Of a DNA stretch of 64,000 nt, positions 1-14,800 are shown piece by piece (positions within the stretch are counted from its first letter, which is position 1; each line of letters begins with the position of its first letter). Source of the DNA: Haliotis rufescens (Eukaryota); NCBI RefSeq assembly GCF_023055435.1, contig NW_025964001.1, forward strand, positions 40,920,001 through 40,984,000, written 5' to 3'. The translations under genes were made by a program, and so were the position numbers. The notes under the pieces are model-generated. The model searched no databases. It saw nothing but the letters and a program-made list of their open reading frames with translations, and was not told where the DNA came from.

Positions 1-156
1 TATTCATGTTAAACTGCGGCATGGCATCTCAGTGGGCTAGTATTATAAATCAGCATCAGTCCGGACTAGTACAAGCAGCCACACACACGTGTATGCACAT
101 CGCTATATAAGTGCAATAATCTTGGACGTGACGTTAAACCCCATTTCACCTCACCA
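1..156 (+). mobile_element. SINE family B, 3' half (cut by the window edge)
   Basis: Matches the 3' half of the 47260 copy, including the (CACCT)n tail. Confidence 0.85.
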
Positions 157-958
157 CCTTCCATAATAAATCAAGAGCATTGTTCCTTGTCCTTGATATG
201 CAGACTTTGCTGAAACTAACTCCCTTTGTCTTCCAAAGAAAATCAACAAAATACAAAGCTTCCAGCAGATGGTGGCGGTAAACATGAGTTCATCATTTTC
301 TTCTTCTAATTTGTCCCCTCCTGCTGGAAATATTTGTAAAGCTTTATGTGATCCATTTTTTAAAAAAGAGCTTTTAAAATAAATAATATATTCCCTCCTC
401 CGACTTCTAACTATGACAAAAACAATCTGTGATCCAAAAAATCAAAACATAAAGGCCTATCATGACTTGGTGTAAAAACATATGAACCTTGCACAGAATC
501 TGCTGTCATAGCCCCTGACCGTGAACCTTATCCTAAGGAAGTCTTTATGCTGCATGGGCAGATCAAATCAAATCATAGGATTTCCTGGGCATTTTGAGAA
601 CACCATTGATAACATTCTCAGATGACTTAGATCTTCTCAGCTGAGATAAAGAGGTACAACAACTGTATTATGTGGCAACCAGTAGTTCAATTGACAGAAA
701 TTCCCTGAGACCGATGGACACTAAAATCTGAAGGTAAGAGGATGAATGAGATTCAGTCTGTGCAACTGAGAGATTCATTGTGAGACATGTACTGTTAAGT
801 GCATCCTATCTTCCCTGCTAAATATATAGACTGAAGTGGCACTGGCAGACGGATATTATATTTCTGGTTAATCATTTTTAGAAAGTGCAATGGTAATATT
901 GAATCGTGGTGTACAGCCAGGGCAGATGAAGTGTCAGTCATTCAGTGCCTCACTCGAG

Positions 959-3171
959 CTAGTCTGCAGCTTGTATGGCACCGATGTCCACAAGGGTAGC
1001 CTTGTGATCCACTGCCTCAAGGAACTTGTTCAGATCTGAAGGCGAGATGCCAGTGCTGGCTGCATTGGTCATTGGATGGAAGTAGAGTCTGGTGTAGTTG
1101 TCTCCTACGAAACGCGAATCCATGAGTAACTGCACATCTTTTGCTTTATCATTGATCAGCCCAAATATAGTGACGCTACCTTGCCGCAGTCCAAGCTTGT
1201 CCGACAGAACACTCTCGTCCGCAAATCGCAGCCCACCTGGTGCCTTCACAGCTTTAGCCAAGTCATTTAATTTAATGTCGGCATCATGTGCAGCACAGAA
1301 TAAATACAGTTTCTTCTTCTTGTCTCTGAGAAACAGATTCTTGGCAAACATTCCCTCTAGATGAGCCACATGAGGAATTGCCTGCTCTACGGTATACACC
1401 TGGAACAGATATAAACACTTAGTACATTTACAAAATAACTATCAGCAACCTAATTACCAATGATGGCTAAGAGAATTAATTTTGTCTGGCAATGGATTTT
1501 CTACACAGCTCCAGATAACTTTTTGAGCAACTGAGTTTTTACTCGAAGGTTCTATTTTAATTGGGTTATTACATTTTTCATTGGGTTACCCATATTTTTT
1601 AATTCATCTATTCATCACTCTGTTGGGTTTTTCCCAAAATGGTTAAGCATTTTGGGATTTAAAAAAATAAACAAATTATGTTTTAGATGTATATAACAGT
1701 TCTTATTATAGGCTTGACTTGGAAAGTAAATTAGCAAGTAATCGTGTTTGGAAATTAGTTCTGTTGTATGCATGCTGAAAAAGTTTCAATGCGTATTTAC
1801 GCATGGTGTTTTCAAACAATTGAGTTTTCCATTTAATGCATGCGTTTCAGTACGCAAGTTAATTGAAAGTAATTGGGTTTTGAATAATTTTGGGGTGTAT
1901 TTTACGCAAATACATAGCTTATCTGTAGCTTTCTACATTAACTTTACTATGGCATTGGAGGATGACCTAATTTAATTGGTTAATTTTACTAAATTTAAAA
2001 TAGTTAATGAGTGATATCCACTTCTGACTGCACCAATGCACTGAACATGTGTGCAAGAAAAGGAGTGTTTTAGGAAATGCATTTTAGTCATTGTTGAGTG
2101 GAGATGAATCTATTCTGTTTTTAAATTTTGAGTTGGTTCATCGTTGATTAAACACGTCACATAAACCTGAATGCATCATGTCTGCCATGAATTTATCTTA
2201 CCGACATGTTTTAATTTGACATTGTAAAAGAATTAACAAAATTCAAAATTGATAGAAAACAGCTGTTTGAGCTGAGGTTAACATTGCTAAGTCACGTGAC
2301 GTGACTTTCATCAACCTAGAAAGCGTGTGCGGCTTTTGCTTTGAAGCGAGGTATAAGGGATTTATTCTGCCTATCATAAATCCAGGTGCAGTCTGTATTT
2401 CTCGTGGAGGGGTATAAGAGATTTATTCCCCTGCTGAGAAATTTATTACCATCCAATACACAGTATTTTATCAAGAATACGTGGATCAATCATATCTCTT
2501 CAGTCTGACATGGAGGCAAGATAAAACCAATTATGCAGTCTTATACATGTCATAACTATAGAACATCATCAGCATGGATATTACATCCCAAAATTTATCC
2601 ATAATGAGTCTGTTGAAAGATATGTACTCAATAATGACCAACTAGGTAAAGATGACAAGCAATGGGTTGCAGATATGATAAAAATCGAAATATCTTAGTC
2701 TAACATTTCATGCGAATTTGAACCTAATATCCACTTGCTTGTATTGTCCAACTATAAGTCTTGAATTATCTCCCTTGCGCCAACCACATCTTGCCAGGGT
2801 GTTCGAGGCGAACAAGTTACTGTGTCAATGTATGAACAACACGTGGCATTCTTCATTATTTGCACACAATCCCGCTCCAGTATTCTCTGTGTTTGCTCCC
2901 TGTAGTAAATAATGCTTGTAGAATACAAGGAACAAAAAATGTTGTAATTGCATTTCTCGTCAGCAGGGAGTTGCATCACCCGTGCACTCGCTCAGAAGCT
3001 ATCCCTTCGAACATGCACTAGAGTAATTTAAAGGACAGAAATTTGATGTACACTGTATACAACTGATCCTCGTACCTCAGGGTGTTCATGGGTATCACAG
3101 TCAAGTCCCATCTCCGCTAGCTTGGCCAGCAATTCTTCCTTTCCAACACGCGGCGTTTCGATTGACGCCAT
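959..3171 (-). CDS. PRORSD1: Prolyl-tRNA synthetase-associated domain protein 1 (PrdX/YbaK-family aminoacyl-tRNA deacylase), 2 exons, 178 aa
   Basis: Exons 3076..3171 (MASIETPRVGKEELLAKLAEMGLDCDTHEHPE) and 959..1399 join through a phase-0 GT..AG intron. Motifs EHPEVYTVE, KNLFLRDKK, GLRFA, GSVTIFGLIND and FHPMTN are typical of PrdX/ProX. Confidence 0.92.
2185..2510 (+). mobile_element. Unclassified dispersed repeat (probably derived from a DNA transposon)
   Basis: ATGAATTTATCTTACCGACATG..GAAAACAGCTGTTT..GTCACGTGAC is shared with ~14145..14450 (+) and ~49210..49530 (-). Confidence 0.7.
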
Positions 3172-4767
3172 GGCTGCTGGACTGGTAAAGCGCGGCAAAT
3201 ACAAATCTCAAAATCATAATGGAATATATCGTCAAGCCGAAACCTCGGGTTTCGGATTGATGGTTATGGAGGTTAGAGACTACCCTGGCCTAATTGGCGA
3301 AAAGGACGAGGTATGTACTATAATCAAGGACGGGTCCAGCATTTTAAAAAGGGAGGGGACAACACTCACCTTCCACCCATCCTCCCACCCTCTCTGGATC
3401 AGCCTATGATAATTGAGGTAAGTATATTTGGATTGGATCTGCACAATTAGAGAAATGGGCTACACATTCATAAAATATTACAAAGGTTATATTAAATATG
3501 TTTATGTGCATAAGAGTGGACTTTCTTTTCAACACTAACATGCTTTGGACGTATGGCTGACTACAAATGTAGAGGTTAATCTAAATTGTGTCAAAAGAAC
3601 GACGAAAGGTTTTTGTAAATGTTTTAGTAAATGTAATAACATGAAACGGTATAAGGTCTCAGACGTTTAAAAGGCTAGTTAATGAACATGTTAAAGTTGT
3701 CAGTTACTTTAAAATAAAATTTTCAGTATACCCAAAACGAGCCTCTTTCTTAATGATGTTACAACGGTGTGTCATTTGCTCACTGCATCTAGAGTTGCGT
3801 CCCTTGGGCATCTTCCCGCGGCAAGTGTGTCCACTTGCCACTTGCCTGTATCAAAGCTGAGGGAAAACAAAACTTTGATTAATAGGCTAGTGAACGCTCT
3901 TGCCTCGGGAAGATGAGCACGCCAGAAACCTGTCATTGTGTGTTCGAATCACGGTTCGCGCCGTCAGCACTTTCACCAAAGTCTGAGACCTGCGCCACCA
4001 CTTCGGGCTTTCCTCCCACATGGCTGACACGCCGTTATATTACTGGAATACTGTTCAACAGTGGCGTTAAATCAACTCACTCACTCATTGCTATAGCTCA
4101 CTGAATCTTATCCTACCTCGATCGTTCTTTGTCCACGTTAATGTTTGTTTGTTTTACACCGCACTCAGCAATATTCCAGCTATATGATGGCGGTCTGTAA
4201 ATAATCGAGTCTGGACCAGACAATCCAGTGATTTACATCATGAACATCGATCCACGCAATTGGGATCGATAACATGCATCAACCAAGTCAGCGAGCCTGA
4301 CCACCCGATCCCATTAGTCGCCTTTTACCACAAGCATAGTCGCCTTTTATGGCAAGCATGGGTTGCTGAAGACCTATTTTACACCAGATCTTCACGGGTA
4401 TGGAATCCCCAAGGGAGCAATAGATTCATGATAAGGGGAGCTAGTTGATAAGTGAGTGAGTTAGGTTTAAGGCTGCTTTCAGCAGTATTCCAGTTACATC
4501 ATGGCATGTCAGCTTAATGTGGGAGGAAAGCCTGAAGGGATGCAGGTCTCTGATGTTTACCACTTCGGTGAAACCCATGAGCACTGGTAAGGTGCTGACA
4601 AACCTAGAAACATAATGGGGGAAACGGGATTCAAACCCACCATCATAGGTTTCTGGCACGCCCAAAGTAAGCAGTTGCGAATTGCAGTGACTGGGCCACT
4701 GGTGAAGATACTTGATGAATATTACTAGTACAAGGAATCATTAATCAGGAGCGTCAGATTCTTTATT

Positions 4768-5073
4768 GGTGAGGTGAAATGGGGTTTTAAGGTTGTGTTC
4801 AAGATAATTGCACTTATATAGTGACCTGCATGCACGTGTGTTTGTGTGTGTCTGCTTGTACTAGTCCGGACTAATGCTGATTTATAGTGCTAGCCCAATG
4901 AGATACCATGCCGCAGTTTAACAGTCCTTGTTTTAGCCCCTTAATGACGAGCAACAGACAAGATAACAAGAAGTATGATCTCTTAACATCTTTTGGTATG
5001 ACGCGGCCGGGGATCGAACCCACAACTTTCACTCTCCGTGCAGACGCTTTACCACTAGACCACGGAGGCAGTC
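4768..5073 (-). mobile_element. SINE family B
   Basis: tRNA-like head, shared body and (CACCT)n tail. Confidence 0.85.
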
Positions 5074-6206
5074 AGGTTCTTTATATTTTATGCAGTGACT
5101 GGTGAACAGAGAAGAGACCAGGCCAGGCAGCGGACAGCTATGAGCCTGACATGTGAACAACAGATGCTAGAAGTAAAAACAGCTGTTTATTACAAAAGTG
5201 TAAGCATAGTACAAAATACATCCAGCAGATCTGCATACAGCAATTGCATAATCAATGCTCATAAATGCAACAATGGCATGTTGTGGAAACAAAGCTATAC
5301 ACAACCAGGATGAGGGCTGCCTCCTTCCGCTAGTGTAAAGGAATGCTTGAACAAGTGAGTGAGTTAGTTTTAACACTGCTTTTAACAGTATTCCAGTTAT
5401 ATCGCAGCCTGTCAGGAAAGCCCCAAATGAAGCAGGTCTCGGACAATTACCACTCACGAGCGGTATGGTGCTGACAAACCTAGAAACATAATTTGAGATT
5501 CGAACCCATGACCATAACTTTCTGGGACTCAACTCTGCACTGTGAATTGTGGCGCCTTAGATGACTGGGCCACTCCTTCAACAAGTCAACTGAAGCTGGT
5601 TTACATGAGTCAAGATGATTGAGCACTGATCATCATAACCAGTGAAGCTGGATATGGAGCATTTGAGTGAGTAAGTGTAGTTTTACACAACTGTCATCAA
5701 CATTTGTGCTTTATCAGTCAACATGTAAATAATCAAATTTGGGCCTGGGCAACCAGTGGTTGAAAGCATGAGCAATGATCCTAGACAAGGATGACAGTCA
5801 GGTCACACATATTTAACACCTGATCATGATGATAACAATCATATAACTGGGTACCTACTTGCAGACTGAGTATTCACATTAATCACCACATGCCATGGTG
5901 ATAACGCAGACATTATAAAGGTAAGGAAAACAATAAGTGGAATTTACTTCTGAATGAAAAGTTATAAAACATTGTACAATTGTACTATCAGTATATCACC
6001 AGTATTGGTTAGCCTCAATGAGACATGTGACATAAGCCAAACCAATATGTAGCATCCTGTCCAGTTGCCGCAGCAATAAATACCAGTCAATATTGGTTAA
6101 ACAATCAGTGAAAGAGAAATTATCCAGGGTTGTATAAATGATTCACCTAAATAAAGGACATATTTGCATCAACAATCACAACCATTCACAATGGGGTGGG
6201 TGGTAT

Positions 6207-6571
6207 TAGGGGTGAAATGATACAGCAAGGTCACCATACCATACGTATCATGATACGTATCGCGATACACGTTTGCATCAAATTGCATGGAAACTCCTTG
6301 ACTAAATATTTTGGAGCATGTTCTAAAGGAACAGCTAGCTGCAGATAGGTCTGTAGCTGCTACTTTTAGTAGTGAACTTGGAATGCTAATCACAACACAT
6401 TTTGAGATATTTGACTGACAAAATTGCTGGGGGTCATTAAATGAGAAGTAAGTAATATATTTTAGCAAGTGTATCGTCTTGTATCTATACAGAAGAAAAC
6501 GTATCGTGTACCATATCATTGCATGAAAACGTTACGATGCACCGGTACACCGATTTATTGTTTCACCCCTA
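6207..6571. mobile_element. hAT-type MITE
   Basis: TIR TAGGGGTGAAA/TTTCACCCCTA and 8-bp TSD GGTGGTAT. A related copy begins near 19672 and is split by a later insertion. Confidence 0.88.
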
Positions 6572-8880
6572 GGTGGTATATGAGTGTGTGAGAGAGAGAG
6601 GAGGGGGAGGAGATTCACCGAACCAGCAGTACAGTACAAGAAGTGCAGGATAAGGAAAGATGTACTCAAATATATTGTAAAAAGGTTCAAAATTTACTAG
6701 TCATGAGGCTTGATTTTCAAAAAAACTCTTGCTGGCCATTGTGAAGTTTATGTCCACTGCAATAAAAATATACTCATCCAAGGGAGAAATGATTGCCCTT
6801 TTTCTTTTAGCAAAGGTTTGCTAATGTGAAGTTTAGACCTCCAGTGGACATCAACATGCAGCACTACTGGTTTATCTGGTTCAGAATCAAAGCCATTTTT
6901 ATTAGAACCAAGCACTGAATAAATATCTTAGTAAAACAACAACTACACAACATGCACATGCATGTAGTAAGTGTCTCACTTTCCATGAATGAAGATGTAC
7001 ATTGCAAGTTCAGGGTGCCATTGTACAAAACAATCTTAGCACTAGGATGACCGTAAGCCTATATTAAAGTAGTGGAGTTACGATCACCTTAGCGCTATGA
7101 TGAGTGTAAGCCTATATTAATGTAGTGGAATTAGGATCACCTTAGTGCTATGATGATCATAAGCCTATGTTAAAGTTGTGGAGTTACGATCACCTTAGCG
7201 CTAAGACCCCTTTGTACTACAGCATCCAGATTCTGAATCCAAGGATGTTTCATTTACAAGTGGATTACTGCCCTTCCTTCAAGGTCATACAAATCCCTTT
7301 ACCATGAATCAAATGATATGTCTGTATAATATATATGAGTGTCTGAAAATACATGATGTCAAACCATAAAGAAAAATGAATTTGGATGTGAGAATGTGAA
7401 ACAAACTTCAATACAAGACGCATGGAGTGCAGAGTTCCTGGAAACAGAACAGTTGGAACTGACTATTGAACAAATGCTTTTGACATTTTTGGACATGATG
7501 TAGACCCGTCATTTTATGACCAATGTAATGAAGTATTTACTGTAAGCACAGAAGGCAGTTACAGAACAAAGGATGGCAAGGTTGTTGCTTCGTTTGAAAT
7601 CATCACACAACATGTCTTACAAGGAACATGGATCTATTTTGTCATGACAGCTTAGGGACTGGTCATTTCTTACATGGTGGATGGGTCAGAGGCTTTTGAT
7701 GCACTAATGTACTGAAAACACTGACCCTCCCCTCATGCTTGACATATTTTTGGATAACATTCCCATGTCCTGGTATGTTTTTTCATGACCCTCCCCAAAT
7801 ATGTGTATTATTTTTTGGTGACCTCCCCAGATTCCATCGGACCCAAGCTCTTCCTAGTGGGTGACACTATCGGTAACATCGCTGCAGTCAGTGTGGAAGC
7901 AGCCATTACAAAATCTTGAAATTTGAGCTTACCCCAAATGTAGTGACCTTTATACTTTTGCTTATGTCTTTGTGAATGCCATCATAGTGAATTTTGAAAA
8001 GGTTTACGACTGACCATACTTCCCAGATGAATTTAACTTATTGTTTGTTTAATCAGATTGGTCAGATTGCAGACGAACCGAAAATCACCCAACTTCTCCC
8101 TTACATTCTTACTATACCAATTCCATGATAGTTGAAATGAAATAGAAATTCAAATTGACAAACAAAATAATTTAACTGGGATAAGGGTATTCAGCATCAA
8201 GACTGTCATCACTTGTTTGTAAAGAATAATGGTCAGCCGGTTGTGAGTTTAACTCCAAGCATTGTTGTAGCCACCTGTCACAGTGGGGAGCTTTGACTGG
8301 CGGCAGCGATAGTATAGAGAGCTCTGTCAATGGGCTTTCGGTGTGAGGAGCTTGCCAATCCCTACAACAAATGACTGGTCCCTTTGTATGCTCATGCAAT
8401 GGCAGATTTAAATGAAGGATTTTTTCAGTCATTTCTTCATCACAGTTACTTCAAAAGGAAGCCAAACTTTCTTCGAGCTTGTTAAAAAAAATACTTGATC
8501 AGACTATGTGAAACCGAAAAATAAAAGATGACACCCTGACTTATGTATAATAACACTACACATCCTACACAGAACTAAAGCTGAGGTCTAAACACAAACT
8601 TGCTAGTTGATGTGCTACCAGACTGTTCCACAATCTTTATTTTACATTTCCCCATTAGTAAACACCACTACCAGACTCTGTTCCATAATCATTGTTCTAT
8701 ATTTCCCTAAAAACATTCAATGCCACTACCAGAGGAACTATTCCTGAAACTATTATCAACTGTCTGATCAGTAAGAACAAACCTTAACTCTTTTTAGTGA
8801 AAATGTTTAGTGAAAGCCGCTCTTTTGATATTTCTGAACTCTGTAATAACACTACATGGGTACAGAAGACAGACAAGCAT

Positions 8881-11800
8881 TTATTGTGTCTTCTTCACAA
8901 GGCCCGTCCATTTCACAGACTCCTTGTATAACTTCTCCTGGAGCTCTTCATCCAGAGACTTGCCCGTCAGCTCACTCAAAGTGCAGTCTCTGAAAAACAG
9001 TGGGAGTTAGTGGGGTCTCGCAAGGTAGAGAAAAAAACTAATGTGCCCTTTGTTGCAGACAAGAATACAGTTCACTATTTTTATTCATTAAGATACAAAT
9101 AAGTGAGTACCTGTTTTATTCTGGATAAAACAGATTTCAGTTGTTGATAAATGAACGAAGTGAATTTAGGAGTATAAATTTGGTCTGGTATTAACAGTGA
9201 TCTGGATTAGTCAGATACCAGGTTAGACATTCCACTGTAAATAGTTGGTGATTTCATGAAGATTTCATGTCTATCAAAATGATGAGGTTGTCAAGGTTTC
9301 AGTCAAATTAAAAAGTGAGATTTTCTTGCTCTGTTATCATGGTTATGAACCTGATGGATTTCAAGATGATCTAAAATATTCACTTGATTTTCAATAAAAA
9401 CATTCTATTCTTTTTTCACTTCTTTCATATATGTTTATTCACAAGCCTCTGTTACAGTATGGAGATCTATGCCCAGAGTACACTTGAACCTCCATTAACT
9501 AATTATTTTATACAAACAATTTTATCATCTAAAAGCCAGGAAAACATAGTTTTCACCTTGGTGATGACCAACAAAGGATGATGATCAGGACAAATTTGGG
9601 ATTCCAACCCATGAAAATAGGATCCTGGTATGCCTGAGGGACATAACTCTTCACTACTGACTGTGACACCTAAGACAACGAGGCCTCCTGTTCCCTCACA
9701 GTCTTGTATTCATAGTGTTATATGTAAGTAATGTTAGTGGCAGTGGGAACTCAAATCTGTCACTATCATGTAGGTACAGCAAGTCTTCTAGAAACTGCCC
9801 CATCCCGAGTCTAAAGCAACCAAGGGCAGATAACTCAAATCACTTCCTGTCAAAATCACCACAGCAGACGTTTCATTTGCTGTCACCAACATTTGCTACA
9901 AATATATTAAGAGTTTCCACTGCCACTAATATTATATATGTCAATGGTGAGGTGCACTTAACTCGTGGTTATGCACCCTACATAACTTAACTAGCATACA
10001 GTGCCATACCCTGTGCACTCAAAAGAACCCTCTCATCCGATGGTAGATGACCAGATGGTGGAAACACGAATACCTACATTCACCCAAAACACAAGTGTCA
10101 ATAACTTGTGGTGTCACCCTGGGCAAATGTGCCTCTGTTCACCCATCAGGGAATGGGTACCCAAAATGTGTTAAAAACATCTAGCGCCCATAGGCAGCTT
10201 GGGTTGTATACTCCCCAGGGAGTTGAGAATGATAAAACTGAAATGCAAACGGATCCACTGGTCGGGGAACAAATGAAACCGCATTTGAGCAGATACTATT
10301 ACGTGGATACCGGTGATATTATTATTATCATTATTAATATAATACATTTATATAACTCATTCATGTCACTCAGAGAAATCTAAAACCATGTAAATATGTC
10401 AACATGAAGAAGAACAATGTCCAAGGATTTTCGAGATGCCATAACAATGTGCTACAAAGACTACTTACTTGTAGTATTTTCCGGACACGCCATCTATAGA
10501 TTTTGAACATGCCAGAAGGAGTGTGGTTTGAGCGCCATCTGCTGGTGTCTTCATGACAAACCACACAATCGGGGAGAAGCTGACACGCAGGAAACTGTTG
10601 TTCTTGAAGGGGAGATGGCGATGTCCATTAGAGTTGACAATTCCAGGGTTGGTCACATTCACGATTACCTTGGTGTCTGGAATATCAATAACCATCATTG
10701 ATAAGTCTTAATGAGCGAAAAACAATATCATACAGCACACAAATAATAGACTTCCAAATCACTCCCATAAGAAAGTATGTATTCAGAGCTCCAGATAAGC
10801 TTTTGGTGTTGTGGGTAATTTACCCATGCATTTTAAAATCATTGGGTATCAGTAATTCTATCTGGGTATTCAACTTTCTGTTACCCACTAGTTTTTACAC
10901 ATGTGGGTATTTAAGTTAAATATTTAAAAACACTATTCATCTAGTCCCTGCAAACTGGTGTTGTGTGGGTTCGAGAGCTTTGTAGGACTCAAAAATACCA
11001 CGATACTTCCACAAGAAAGTGTGATGGCAAATGATCGTGATATAACTGTCATCGTGGAGTTTGGCAAGGTTGACGGAATGCACGTTTATAATTTCAAAAT
11101 AAGTTGCTGATTTGCTAATCGAATATGCAGGGTTACTTCACAATATTTTGATGATACTCACAAGTTTTATTTTTGGAGCTTATCCGTAATGTTCGTTGCG
11201 TATTTGATACGCTTGGATTTTATTTTACTGCGTATTTCTGCATTTATGATGCGTATTTTACGCAGATACACAGCTTATCTGGAGCTCTGTGTATTGCAGA
11301 GGTGGATCAAGGATTTTGGAAAAAGATCCCCCTTAGTTATAAACTCTGCTTATGTGAGTGAGTGAGTGAGTTGGGTTTTACATAACTTTGAACAGTATTC
11401 CAGTTATATCATGGTATGTAAGCACAATGAGGAAGAAAAGCCCAAAGTGATGCAGGTCTAAGACGTTTACTACTTTGGTGAAATCCAGGAGCTCGTGTAT
11501 AGTGCTGACAAACCTAGAAACATAATCAATGCGAACCATGATTCAAACCTTCGATCATAGATTTCTGGGATGCAACTCTGCACAGTGACTGGGCCATCCA
11601 TGCCCCAACGCTTATATCCTACATGCAGTGAAAATGAGGGAAACAATGAATGACTGACTACACATAGACATACCATACTAGCTACCTAATCAAGCTGACA
11701 TTCCTTGAGAGACTCCACTCGTTACAAAGCCCAATCTAGGAAGTATTGCTCAAGTGTCTGACAGTACACATTAAATAATGGAGAAACTAATGTATTGTAG

Positions 11801-14800
11801 CTTGAAAAATGCTGATCAGGCAAAGATTTCTTTGTTGTTTAATTCTAAACAAAGAAATATTCCAGCTATCCTTTGACAGCCAGTAAATAATCAAGTCTGG
11901 TGCAAACAAATATGAATACAATGGCTCAGTATCTAAACAGAATACTGCAAACAATTCTGAATCTTAATGACCTCTCTCCTTGAATCAAAGCTTATCCAAT
12001 CTACCGCGTGTTAAGCCTGCAGGCCTAGCAATATAAAAAGGTAAATGGGTACCAACTTGCAGGCCAAAATCTAGTATTCAAAAGTACACATGGACCTTCC
12101 TTTAAACCAGTGTTTGACGTGAAGTGTAAACAAGTAAATTTACCTAGCTTTAAGCCAGCGATCCACATTTAGTATAAACATACCTACCTTTAAGCTAGCA
12201 GTCACAGTGTAGTGTAAAGAAGTAAATAAGTACCAACCTTTAAGCCAGCAGTCCACTTGAAGTGTAAACAAGTAAACATGTACCAACCTTCAAGCCAGCG
12301 GTCCACTTGTAGGGTAAAGAAGTAAATAAGTACCAACCTTCAAGCCAGCAGTCCACTTGAAGTGTAAACAAGTAAACATGTACCAACCTTCAAGCCAGCA
12401 GTCCACTTGTAGGGTAAAGAAGTAAACATGTACCAACCTTTAAGCCAGCGGTCAACATGTAAAGAAGTAAACATGTACTAACCTTTAAGCCGTCGTGCCA
12501 AGTGTAATGAGTACAAGTTGACGGCCAGTTTACTCTGCGCATATGCTTGTCCAGGACTGTAGTCCTCCGCCATGTTGATGTCATCAAAGTTGATCTCTCC
12601 GAGGTTACTAGCAGCTGCAGAAGTGTTGACGATACGACTTGAACCGGACGCCTTCAGGACATCCAACAGTAGCTCCGTCAGCAGAAATGTACCTGAAACC
12701 AGACAGCAATGGGTGAAACCTACCAAACAAATGTTTTTTGTTGCACATAGCATTCATCTACAAACTCTAGATTACATTTCTTAACAACAACAACAACAAT
12801 AATAATAATAAACTTCCATCGCACATTACTCCCTGCACAATGGTTTGCCAGCACGGTACCCATGCTCATGGGTTTCACCAAAGTGGTAAACACCCGAGAC
12901 CTGCATGAATTCAGGCTTTCCTCTCACATCAAGCTGAGTGAGTGAGTGAGTGAGTTTGGTTTTACGCCGCTTTTAGCAATATTCCAGCAATATCACGGCG
13001 GGGGACACCAGAAATGGGCTTCACACATTGCACCCATGTCGGGAATCGAACCCGGGTCTTCGGCGTGACGAGCGAACGCTTTAACCACTAGGCTACCCGA
13101 CCGCCCCTCACATCAAGCTGACATGCAGTGACAACTGGAATACTGCTCAAAGCGGCGTTAAAACCAAACAACTCACTCCAGAAACATCCCACTGGGGGAA
13201 CCAGAATCAGCTTTACACATTGATGAGAATCGAACCCAGACTGTTGGTGTGACATACGAACACTTCCACTACCAGGTTCTCTCCTTCTCCCCCCCCTCTC
13301 CCTCCTCCCCCCCATGGAGGGCATAAGTAGAAAACAAACAGAAACTACAATATCTACCTAGATAGTTGACACCAAACTGCATCTCAAACTTCTCCTCTGT
13401 TAGAGTCTGGGGGCTCATCATCACGCCTGCATTGTTGATCAAAATGTCAAGCTTCTTTTCCTCTGCAAAAAAAACCCATCATGTTAATTTGCAGCCAGGT
13501 AAATGAGGTACTACTTGACACAGGTTTCATTCTCGCTACCCCTAAACAAAGATCTGGGGACATCCAATTACAGGTCACGTCAGACCGACCTTTGCGAACT
13601 TTGACTGAGCAATGTGATGACTGACAATAAGTCGACATTAGCCAATCAGAAGGCACCTTTCTTGGGCTGTATGGCACTAGTTTCAAACTGGTGAATATGC
13701 TTCAAAACATATTCTCGATTACAAATTTGAAAACTGAACAATAGAACATTCTGGAATGGCTAATAGATGGCCTAAATTGTATGGAATCAGTCATAAAACC
13801 TGTAACTGTTGTTCAGAATACAGTGTTATATTTTTCGAGGTTGCATGACGAGAAAACACATTCCGACTGTCACTTCCTGATCTGGTAAGCGACGCTCTGA
13901 TTAGTCGGATGAAAGGTTGTTCTGACGTGACCGGTAATAGGATGTCCTCAGATCTTTGTTTAGCAGTAGCGGTAGCAAGAACTAGGATCTGATTTCAATA
14001 AGATTGATCCGTTCAAACTTCTGACAAATGTAAAATGCATTTGTGGTTTTATGTGTCCTATGTTAGATTTTATACCTTGAGTCTGAAGGGACGTATAAAC
14101 TTAACGACGGACACTTAAAACCATATATACCCCTCGTGATACTGCCACAATGAATTTATCTTACCGACATGTTTCAATCTGCAATTGTCAAATAATTAAT
14201 ACAAATTGAAAATCAATAGAAAACAGCTGTTTCACTGAGCTTAGGTTAACTTGGTGCTGTGTCACATGACTTATATTGACCTGTAAGCAACGCACCCTTT
14301 TGGTTTGTAGCGGGCCATAACAGAACTATTCTCCCGCTCAGAAATCCACATGCAGTCAGTATTCTTTGTGATGGGGTATAAGGAATTTATTCTCATGCTC
14401 AGACATATATTTTCCTACCAGACAGGATACGTAGTTTGTATCAAGATCACGTGAATCAGGTCTCAATGTTCTGACACAGAGGTAAGATAATGGTCTGTCA
14501 GTGGTTTGAACCAGGTTACAATGGGTCTTACCACTTACAGAGGTGAGGTGAGGTGAAATGGGGTTTAACGTTGTGTCCAAGATTATTGCACTTATATAGC
14601 GACATGCATGTACGTTTGTGTGGCTGCTTGTACTAGTCCGGACTGATGCCGATTTATAGTGCTAGCTCACTGAGATACCATGCCGCAGTTTAACACGAAT
14701 ACCTCACTCAGACACAGTATACTGACTCCGAGCCGACCAGTCCTTGTTTTAGCCCCTTAATGCCGAGCGCCAGACAGAGTAACAACAAGTACCATCTTTT

